Shown one piece after another: positions 6,700 to 13,414 of a DNA stretch of 32,000 nt (the stretch's first letter is position 1; every line of letters begins with the position of its first letter). The DNA comes from an uncultured Actinomycetota bacterium. Lineage in GTDB: Bacteria > Actinomycetota > Actinomycetes > Propionibacteriales > Nocardioidaceae. The stretch is from the NCBI GenBank assembly GCA_963816325.1, contig CAWFKC010000003.1, positions 19,643 to 51,642 of the forward strand, written 5' to 3'. Below the pieces are notes generated by a model. It had not been told where the DNA came from and did not search any database. It saw nothing but the letters and a program-made list of their open reading frames with translations. A program made the translations under genes and the position numbers.

Positions 6700-9225
6700 A
6701 TGGTGGCAACCGGTAGCGAGCACGTCGACCGCGGACCGTGGCGGGACGACGACTCGCAGGTGCCGCACCGGGTGCTGGTGCTCTCCGCCGACATGGGCGG
6801 CGGCCACAACGCCACCGCGAACGCCCTCGAGGAGGCCGTGGCCCGCCTGTGGCCCAAGGCCGAGGTGCGCCGCCTCGACTCGCTCGACGTCATGGGGCCC
6901 GGCATCGGCCCCCTGTTCCGCATGATCTACGTCGGCAACGTGGAGACCACGCCCTGGCTCTACGAGTTCTTCTACTCCAGCCTCTGGCGCAAGCGCTGGT
7001 TCGCCCGCGCCTCCAAGCGGTTCACCGGCAGCTGGTGCGGCCGGATGCTGAGGTCGCACCTCGAGGCGTTCGACCCGACGGTGATCGTCTCGACGTACCC
7101 CCTCGGCACCTCCGGGCTGGAGTGGTTGCGCCGGCACCGGGGACTCGCGGTGCCGGTCGGCGCCTGGATCTCCGACTTCGCGCCCCACCCGTTCTGGGTC
7201 TACGCCGGGATCGACGCGAACTTCGTGATGCACGAGGCCGCGCTCCCGGTGGCGCGGGCCGCGGAGCCGCGCGCCCGCGTGGAAGTGTGCGCCCCGCCGG
7301 TGGTGTCGAGGTTCCGCCCCGGCGACCCGGCGGCAGCCCGCCTCCGACTCGGCCTGCGGGCCGACGCCTTCGTCGTGCTGCTCTCCTCCGGCTCCTACGC
7401 CTTCGGCGACGTCGCGACCACGGTCCGGGCGCTGGTCGCGGCCGGCGACCAGGTCCAGGTCGTCGCCGCCTGCGGCAGGAACGCCGAGGTCAAGCGGGCG
7501 CTGGAGCAGATGGGGCTGCCTCGCGAATCCCTGGTCGCCCAGGGCTGGACCGACGACATGGCCGGCCTCGTGCAGGCCGCCGACGTGGTGCTCACCAACG
7601 CCGGCGGGGCCACCGCCCTGGAGGCGCTGGCGTGCGGCGTGCCGGTGCTCACAGCCTGCCCGATCGCCGCCCATGGCCAGGCCAACGCCGACCTGATGAC
7701 GGTGGCGGGACTGACCGAGCTGTGCGCGGACCACGAGCGCCTGACCGCGTTCGTGCGCGCCGCGGTCCGGGACCGCTCGGTGCTCGAACCGCTGCGCCGC
7801 CGCATCCGCGCCCACAACGACGCCCACGACCTCGAGAGCGGCCTGCGCCGGCTGGCGTACGTCGGGACCGGGCCGGGCTCGCCCCCGCAGGTGGACCGGC
7901 CGTGGCGGGCGCGCTCCGCCGACTCGTTCTTCGGACAGGTGGAGACCGCCGCGGTGCCGCAGGAGCTGGGCGCCGTGCTCGAGCTGGGCCGGCAGCACGG
8001 AGCCTCGCTGGCCGTCGAGGAGCTGCGCCGCGCGCTCGCGCCGCGGATCCCCGGGCTGCCTCCGGCCCGCCGCGAGCTGGTGCGTGGCCGCCGGCTCGGT
8101 TGGCGGCTGCACGGCTCCGCCGACGTCGAGGTGCACGTCCAGGAAGAGGTCGTCGACCCCGGCGCCCCGGAGAGCGCGGTGTGGGACGCGGTCGGCGACT
8201 TCTGGTCCCGGACGCTGCCCGAGGGCCGACCCTCGTGGGAGATGCTGCTGGTGCGCGGCCGCGCGCACGGTCCGGACCTGTTCGCGGTCAAGATGCACCA
8301 CTGCCAGGCCGACGGGATCTCCGCCCTCGGCCTCCTGGACCGGCTGCTGGACCCCGAGCCGGGCGACCGGCTCGTGGAGCGTCGCTCGGTCGCCTCGTCG
8401 GTGACGAAGCGGATGCGCAGTCGCTACCCGCTGATGGTGGCGCGCGGCCTGCTCGCCCTGGCCGGCCGCGGTCTGGCTCCGGCGCACCGGCTCAACGGCA
8501 GCCACGGCCGCGCCGACCGCGACTTCGTCGGCGTGCCGCTGCCGTGGTCGGAGGTGCGCCGGCTCGCCGGCGAGCTCGACCTGCGCCCCCACGAGCTGGT
8601 GATCGCCCTGGTCTCCGACGCCTTGGACCGGCTGCTGCGCCCGGCCGGGCTGCTGACCGCCGGCGCCTCGGGCAGCCGCCCGCTGCGCGCGATGGTGCCG
8701 GTCGCCATGCGGCCGGCGAGACTGGACCGGGTCGCGTTCAACTGGACCGGTTCGCTGGCCGTGGACCTGCCCACCGGGCCGATGCCGTTCCCCGAGCGCG
8801 CCCGGGTGGTCCGCGACGAGCTGCACCGCCGGGCCGGTCGCGGTGAGGCGCCCGCGGCGTCCGCGGTGATGGCCGTCGCCGGCCGGCTTCCCGCGGCCGT
8901 GCACCGCCGGGTGGCGCGCAGCGTCTACACCAGCAAGTTCTTCAACACCGTGGTGAGCTACATGCCGTCCGCACGCGGCCCGCGCAGCCTGGCCGGGGCT
9001 CCGGTGGAGGTGGTCTACCCGGTCCTCCCGCTGGCCCCGCGCGTGCCCCTGACCATCGGCGTGGTGGTCTCCGGAGGCGCGGTGGGCACCGGCATCCTGC
9101 TCGACCGCAGCCTCGGGGTGCGGCGCGAGGACGTGGAGGACGCCGTACGCTCCGCGTTCGCCGACGCCGGCGGGCGGCTGCCGGACCTCGCCGAACCACC
9201 GCAGGTCGTGGGCGGCGAGCCGTGA
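6700..9225 (+). CDS. Fusion protein: MGDG-synthase/UgtP-like GT28 glycosyltransferase (N-terminal) joined to a WS/DGAT acyltransferase (C-terminal)
   Basis: Within track ORF 6643..9225 I prefer ATG 6700 (GGGGTAATGAGGA upstream), giving 841 aa. GT half: VLVLSADMGGGHNATANALEEAV and NAGGATALEALACGVPVL...HGQANADL. WS/DGAT half, from about nt 7945: ADSFFGQVE, catalytic HHCQADG at 8296-8316, and FNTVVSYMPSARGPRSLAGAPVEVVYPV. No stop or frameshift separates the halves. Confidence 0.85.
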   Translation: MVATGSEHVDRGPWRDDDSQVPHRVLVLSADMGGGHNATANALEEAVARLWPKAEVRRLDSLDVMGPGIGPLFRMIYVGNVETTPWLYEFFYSSLWRKRWFARASKRFTGSWCGRMLRSHLEAFDPTVIVSTYPLGTSGLEWLRRHRGLAVPVGAWISDFAPHPFWVYAGIDANFVMHEAALPVARAAEPRARVEVCAPPVVSRFRPGDPAAARLRLGLRADAFVVLLSSGSYAFGDVATTVRALVAAGDQVQVVAACGRNAEVKRALEQMGLPRESLVAQGWTDDMAGLVQAADVVLTNAGGATALEALACGVPVLTACPIAAHGQANADLMTVAGLTELCADHERLTAFVRAAVRDRSVLEPLRRRIRAHNDAHDLESGLRRLAYVGTGPGSPPQVDRPWRARSADSFFGQVETAAVPQELGAVLELGRQHGASLAVEELRRALAPRIPGLPPARRELVRGRRLGWRLHGSADVEVHVQEEVVDPGAPESAVWDAVGDFWSRTLPEGRPSWEMLLVRGRAHGPDLFAVKMHHCQADGISALGLLDRLLDPEPGDRLVERRSVASSVTKRMRSRYPLMVARGLLALAGRGLAPAHRLNGSHGRADRDFVGVPLPWSEVRRLAGELDLRPHELVIALVSDALDRLLRPAGLLTAGASGSRPLRAMVPVAMRPARLDRVAFNWTGSLAVDLPTGPMPFPERARVVRDELHRRAGRGEAPAASAVMAVAGRLPAAVHRRVARSVYTSKFFNTVVSYMPSARGPRSLAGAPVEVVYPVLPLAPRVPLTIGVVVSGGAVGTGILLDRSLGVRREDVEDAVRSAFADAGGRLPDLAEPPQVVGGEP

Positions 9226-10130
9226 TCCCAGGTTTCCTCGTCGCCGTCCCGGCCGCGGTGGCCGCGGCCGCCGCCTTCGGGGGCGCCGGGGTCCTGCAGC
9301 ACCGCGCCACCCACCAGGCGCCGGACCGGCCGGCGCTCAGTCCCCGGCTGCTCCTCGACCTGATCAAGCTCAACGCGTTCCGCTCCGGCGTGATCCTCGG
9401 CGGTCTCGGCTTCCTGCTGCAGGTGGTGGCGCTGCGCTTCGGGCCGCTCGGCCTGGTGCAGCCCCTGCTGGTCACCGGTGTGCTCTTCTACCTGGTCTTC
9501 GGCGCCGCCTACGCGCACCGGCACGTCGACCGCGGGCTGGTCGCGGGCACGCTGATGGCGATCGCGGGGCTGACCGCGTTCCTCGTGGTCAGCCGCCCGG
9601 TGCCCGGTCACGGCGAGTTCGGCTCGGCCGCCGCGCTGCCGCTGGGCGTCGGGCTGATCGGCGTGGTGGTGCTCTGCCTGCTGGTGGCCAGCCGGGTCCC
9701 ACCGGCGATGCGGTCGGTGCCGCTGGCGGTGGCCACCGCGGTGTTCTACGGCGTCACCGCCGGGCTGGTGCGCAGCGTCACCGAGGGTGGGATCGGCTGG
9801 CAGGCGCTCCACCAGTGGGAGCTCTACGCGCTGGTCGTGGTCGGACCCACCGGGTTCCTGCTGAACCAGAACGCCTTCCAGCAGGGCAACGTCGGTGCGC
9901 TGGCACTCGGCACGATCACCGTGGGCGACCCGCTGGTGGCGATCGGCATCGGCGTGGCGTGGTTCGGCGAGGTCATCTCGACCGGGCCGTGGCACATCCT
10001 CGGCGAGATCCTGGCGCTCGCGGTCATGGTCGGCGGGGTCTTCCTGCTCGCCGCCCGCGCCCAGCGGCTCACCGAGCGGATGGAGGCGCAGCGCCCCGTG
10101 CCGCCCGGCATGTGCGGGGCCACCCCGTGA
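9222..10130 (+). CDS. Polytopic membrane protein (about 9-10 TM), DMT-superfamily-like
   Basis: 302 aa. The GTG start overlaps the upstream stop (GTGA 9222-9225). Hydrophobic segments of TM length are evenly spaced (FLVAVPAAVAAAAAFGGAGVL, GVILGGLGFLLQVVAL, LVQPLLVTGVLFYLVFGAAY ...). The family assignment is tentative. Confidence 0.7.
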   Translation: MIPGFLVAVPAAVAAAAAFGGAGVLQHRATHQAPDRPALSPRLLLDLIKLNAFRSGVILGGLGFLLQVVALRFGPLGLVQPLLVTGVLFYLVFGAAYAHRHVDRGLVAGTLMAIAGLTAFLVVSRPVPGHGEFGSAAALPLGVGLIGVVVLCLLVASRVPPAMRSVPLAVATAVFYGVTAGLVRSVTEGGIGWQALHQWELYALVVVGPTGFLLNQNAFQQGNVGALALGTITVGDPLVAIGIGVAWFGEVISTGPWHILGEILALAVMVGGVFLLAARAQRLTERMEAQRPVPPGMCGATP

Positions 10131-10879
10131 CCGTCCTGCGCGAGGCGTCGGTCCTGCTCACCGGCGCCTCCTCCGGCATCGGCCGCGCCGCCGCCGTCGC
10201 GCTGGCCGGCAAGGGCGCCCGGGTGACGCTGACCGGCCGGGACCGCGAGCGGCTGGAGCGGCTGGCGGCCGAGGTCGGCGGGCGGGCGGTCCCCGCCGAC
10301 CTCGCCGACCCTGCCGACACCGACCGGCTCGCCGAGGCCGTGCTCGCCGACGGGGTCCCCGACGCGGTGGTGCACAACGCCGGCGTCGGCCACGTCGGGG
10401 CCGCCGAGGCCACCGGCCCGGCCACCCTGGAACGGCTGGTCCGCGTCAACCTCGCCTCGGCGGTGCAGCTGACCCAGGCGCTGCTGCCCGGCATGCGCGC
10501 CCGCGGCGGCGGCCACCTGGTGTTCGTGACCTCGATCGCGGCCCACCTGGGCGTGCCCGGGGAGTCGGCCTACGCGGCGACGAAGGCGGCCCTGGCGGTC
10601 TATGCCGCGAGCCTGCGCAGCGAGCTCTGCGGTGCCGGGATCCGGGTCACCGAGGTGGCGCCCGGCATCGTCGACACCGAGTTCTTCGCCCGCCGCGGCG
10701 CGCCGTACGAGCGCCGCTTCCCGCGGCCGATGCCGGCGGCGAGGGTGGCCGACCGGCTGGTCGACGCGCTGGAGCGCGACCGGGCCGAGGTCGTGGTCCC
10801 GGCATGGCTGCGGCTCCCCATCGCGCTGAGGTCAGTGGCTCCGAACCTCTACGCGCGGATGGAGAGCCGCTGGGGCTGA
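10127..10879 (+). CDS. Classical short-chain dehydrogenase/reductase (SDR)
   Basis: Track ORF 9815..10879 is over-extended. The GTG at 10127 overlaps the upstream stop (GTGA), giving 250 aa. Motifs are VLLTGASSGIGRAAA (TGxxxGxG), HNAGV (NAG) and S...YAATKAAL (catalytic Ser-Tyr-Lys). Confidence 0.88.
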   Translation: MTVLREASVLLTGASSGIGRAAAVALAGKGARVTLTGRDRERLERLAAEVGGRAVPADLADPADTDRLAEAVLADGVPDAVVHNAGVGHVGAAEATGPATLERLVRVNLASAVQLTQALLPGMRARGGGHLVFVTSIAAHLGVPGESAYAATKAALAVYAASLRSELCGAGIRVTEVAPGIVDTEFFARRGAPYERRFPRPMPAARVADRLVDALERDRAEVVVPAWLRLPIALRSVAPNLYARMESRWG

Positions 10880-10903
10880 GCCCCTGTGCTCGACCGGCTC
10901 AGC
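10875..10903. terminator. Hairpin shared by the convergent SDR and hpnH 3' ends
   Basis: GCTGAGCC (10875-10882) pairs with GGCTCAGC (10896-10903) across a 13-nt loop. The two arms contain the two stop codons (TGA 10877-10879; TCA 10899-10901 on the plus strand). There is no U-tract, so a terminator role is only plausible. Confidence 0.35.
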
Positions 10904-11909
10904 TGCCGGCGGCCGCCCGGATGGTCTCCTTCAGCGAGCCCATCGTGGCCATCACGGCGGTCGGCTCGTAGCCGCAGTGCGCCATGCAGTTGCCGCAGCG
11001 CGGGTCCTTGCCGCGCCCGTAGGCGTCCCAGTCGGTGGTCTCGACGAGCTCCTGGTAGGTGGAGGCGTAGCCGTCCTCCATCAGGTAGCACGGCTTCTGC
11101 CACCCGAACAGCGAGTAGCTCGGGATGCCCCAGGCGGTGCAGCCGAAGTCGACCTTGCCCTCGAGGAAGTCCAGGAACAGCGGCGAGTGGTTGAGGCGCC
11201 ACTTCTTGCGGTTCCCGCCGGCGAACGCCTTGCTGAACAGCTCGCGGGTCTCGGCCACGCCCGGGAAGTGGTCCTGGTCGGGAGCCTTCTCGTAGGCGTA
11301 GGCCGGGGAGATCTGCATGTTGTCGACACCGAGCTCGTCGTTGCAGAAGTTCAGCACGTCGATGATGTTCTGCGGCGTGTCGTTGCTGAAGAAGGTGGAG
11401 TTGGTGTTGACCCGGAAGCCCTTCTCCTTCAGGAACTTGATCGCCTCGACTGCCTCGTCGAAGACGCCCTCCTGGCAGACCGACTCGTCGTGGCGCTCCT
11501 TGAGCCCGTCGAGGTGGATCATGAACGACAGGTACGGCGAGGGCTTGAAGTCGAACTTGTCCCACCACTTGCGGATCAGCATGGCGTTGGAGCACAGGAA
11601 GACGTACTTCTTGCGCTTGACCAGCTCGTTGACGAGCTTGTCGATCTCGGGGTGCATCAGGGGCTCGCCGCCGGCGATGGAGACCATCGGCGCACCGCAC
11701 TCCTCCATCGCGTCGAGCGCCTGCTGGACCGGCATCCGCCGGCGCAGCTCGTCGGCGGGGTGCTGGATCTTCCCGCAGCCCGCGCACTGCAGGTTGCAGG
11801 CGAACAACGGCTCGAGCTCGACGAGCAGCGGGAACTTGTCCCGCTTCTTGAGCTTCTGCTTCATCAAGTAGGCCCCGATGGCGAGGGACTGGCGTACGGG
11901 CATGCTCAT
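10899..11909 (-). CDS. hpnH: Adenosyl-hopene transferase, radical SAM (HpnH)
   Basis: 336 aa. It has the radical-SAM CNLQCAGCGK motif and extended HpnH-typical sequence (FPLLVELEPLFACNLQCAGCGKIQHP, SIAGGEPLMHPEI, FRVNTNSTFF, CTAWGIPSYSLFGWQKPCYLM, CGNCMAHCGYEP). The ATG overlaps the upstream stop (ATGA 11906-11909). Confidence 0.95.
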   Translation of the reverse strand: MSMPVRQSLAIGAYLMKQKLKKRDKFPLLVELEPLFACNLQCAGCGKIQHPADELRRRMPVQQALDAMEECGAPMVSIAGGEPLMHPEIDKLVNELVKRKKYVFLCSNAMLIRKWWDKFDFKPSPYLSFMIHLDGLKERHDESVCQEGVFDEAVEAIKFLKEKGFRVNTNSTFFSNDTPQNIIDVLNFCNDELGVDNMQISPAYAYEKAPDQDHFPGVAETRELFSKAFAGGNRKKWRLNHSPLFLDFLEGKVDFGCTAWGIPSYSLFGWQKPCYLMEDGYASTYQELVETTDWDAYGRGKDPRCGNCMAHCGYEPTAVMATMGSLKETIRAAAGS

Positions 11910-13414
11910 GCGGTGCGTACCTCCTTGGGTAGCGTGAATTTCACGTTCTCGGTGACCACCTCGCGGTTTCGGCTGCGCACCGGGCCCAGCCCCGCCAGCG
12001 CGTCGACCACGTCGTCGACCAGCGCCTGGGGAGCGGACGCCCCCGCGGTGATTCCTACTGTCTTCGCCCCCACCAGCCAGGAGAGGTCCACCTCGTGCAC
12101 GTCGTCGACGAGGTAGGCCGGCTTCCCGAGACGGGTTGCCGTCTCGACGAGCCGCTGGCTGTTGGAGGAGTTCTGCGACCCGATCACCAGCACCAGGTCG
12201 GAGTCCACCGCCACCGCGCTGAGCGCGTCCTGGCGGTTGGTGGTGGCGTAGCAGATGTCGTCGGTGGGCGGCGCCTGCAGCTTCGGGAACCGCGCACGCA
12301 GCGCCTCGACGACGCCCTCGACCTCGTGCGCCGACAGCGTGGTCTGCACGAGGTAGGAGACCCGCTCGGGGTCCTCCACCTCGACGTGCGCCACGTCCTC
12401 GGCGGTCTCCACGAGCACCGTGCGGTCGGGCCGCTCCCCCATCGTGCCCTCGGTCTCCTCATGGCCGGCATGGCCGATGAACACGATGGTGTCGCCGCGG
12501 TCGCCGAACCGGCGGACCTCGGTGTGCACCTTGCTGACCAGGGGGCAGGTGGCGTCGATGATGTCGAGGCTGCGGCGCTGGCCGTCCTCCCACACCTGGG
12601 GGGCGACGCCGTGCGCCGAGAAGACCACGGTGGCGCCCGGGGGCACCTCCGCCAGCTCCTCGACGAAGACCGCGCCGCGCTCCTGCAGGTCGTGCACCAC
12701 ATGCTGGTTGTGCACGATCTGCTTGCGGACATAGACCGGCGCACCGCGCTGCTCGAGCGCGCGCTCCACCACCTGGATCGCCCGCTCCACCCCGGCGCAG
12801 AACGACCGCGGCCCGGCCAGCAGCACCTCGCGCGGTGCTACCGCGTCCGCCCAGGCGAGCAGCGTGGGCGCGACCTCGCTGAGGCCGCGGAGCGCGGTGC
12901 GCATCCGGCCGACGGTGGCCGGGGTGAACAGCGGCTCGGCGGAGGTGTCGGCGACCACCCGCACCACCAGGCTCGGCCGCTTGCCGTCGAGCAGCCAGGC
13001 CGACTCCATGTCCACGGCCAGCGCCCCGGTGGCCGCCAGCGCCTCACGCGAAGCACCGCTGACCACCTTGGCGGCGCTGGTGACCGGACCGACCCAGACC
13101 CGGTGGCCCGCGCGGCGCAGCGCGGCGGCCGCGAGCGGCGCCCCCGGCACCGGGACCGCGGTCCCGTCGGGCCCGCGGACCTCGTCGGCCACCACCACGT
13201 CGCCCGGCTGGAGCCGCGCGTCGAGGGCGCCGGCGAGGCCGACGACGGCCACCGCGTCCGCGTCCTGCAGGCGCGCGCTCTGCGCGGCCCGGACGGAGCG
13301 TTTCTGGCCCATGCCGGTGCGCACGACGCTGCGCTCGGGGAGCGCGGGGGCGCCCCTGCGCAGAGCGCGTTCCTCCATGCGCATCGGAGTGCAGAAAACC
13401 ACGTTCGGTCTCAT
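11906..13414 (-). CDS. hpnG-ispH: Fusion protein: HpnG-like hopanoid-associated nucleosidase/phosphorylase (N-terminal, about aa 1-194) joined to IspH (C-terminal, about aa 195-502)
   Basis: Track ORF 11906..14902 is over-extended. ATG 13414 has a GGAAGGAG Shine-Dalgarno and an ATGA overlap with the shc stop, giving 502 aa. The N-terminal part is PNP_UDP_1-like (AVAVVGLAGALD, ALAVDMESAWL). The C-terminal part is a complete IspH ([50 protein letters not shown]). No stop lies between the domains. Confidence 0.88.
   Translation of the reverse strand: MRPNVVFCTPMRMEERALRRGAPALPERSVVRTGMGQKRSVRAAQSARLQDADAVAVVGLAGALDARLQPGDVVVADEVRGPDGTAVPVPGAPLAAAALRRAGHRVWVGPVTSAAKVVSGASREALAATGALAVDMESAWLLDGKRPSLVVRVVADTSAEPLFTPATVGRMRTALRGLSEVAPTLLAWADAVAPREVLLAGPRSFCAGVERAIQVVERALEQRGAPVYVRKQIVHNQHVVHDLQERGAVFVEELAEVPPGATVVFSAHGVAPQVWEDGQRRSLDIIDATCPLVSKVHTEVRRFGDRGDTIVFIGHAGHEETEGTMGERPDRTVLVETAEDVAHVEVEDPERVSYLVQTTLSAHEVEGVVEALRARFPKLQAPPTDDICYATTNRQDALSAVAVDSDLVLVIGSQNSSNSQRLVETATRLGKPAYLVDDVHEVDLSWLVGAKTVGITAGASAPQALVDDVVDALAGLGPVRSRNREVVTENVKFTLPKEVRTA

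Noticed and set aside
6349-8904. An 851-aa minus-strand ORF, the longest in the track.
   Set aside because: It lies entirely antisense to the GT::WS/DGAT gene. Its translation is Arg/Gly/Pro/Ala/His-rich low complexity with no recognisable motif, whereas the plus strand carries clear domain signatures. This is a typical high-GC shadow ORF. The same reasoning applies to 1199..2314(+), 3636..4877(-), 5109..6389(+), 9015..9995(-), 10977..12116(+), 12095..13471(+), 13474..15318(+), 15684..16781(+), 16346..17806(+), 18627..19445(+), 19457..21535(+), 23043..24203(-), 24817..27018(-) and 27949..28917(+).
10899-11909. The visibly lower GC of hpnH (Lys/Phe/Asn-rich, with AT-containing shadow frames) as a sign of separate horizontal acquisition.
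   Set aside because: The gene is embedded in the operon by 4-nt overlaps on its upstream side. HpnH is a highly conserved protein whose amino-acid composition forces lower GC at codon positions 1 and 2. The dip alone is not evidence for foreign origin.
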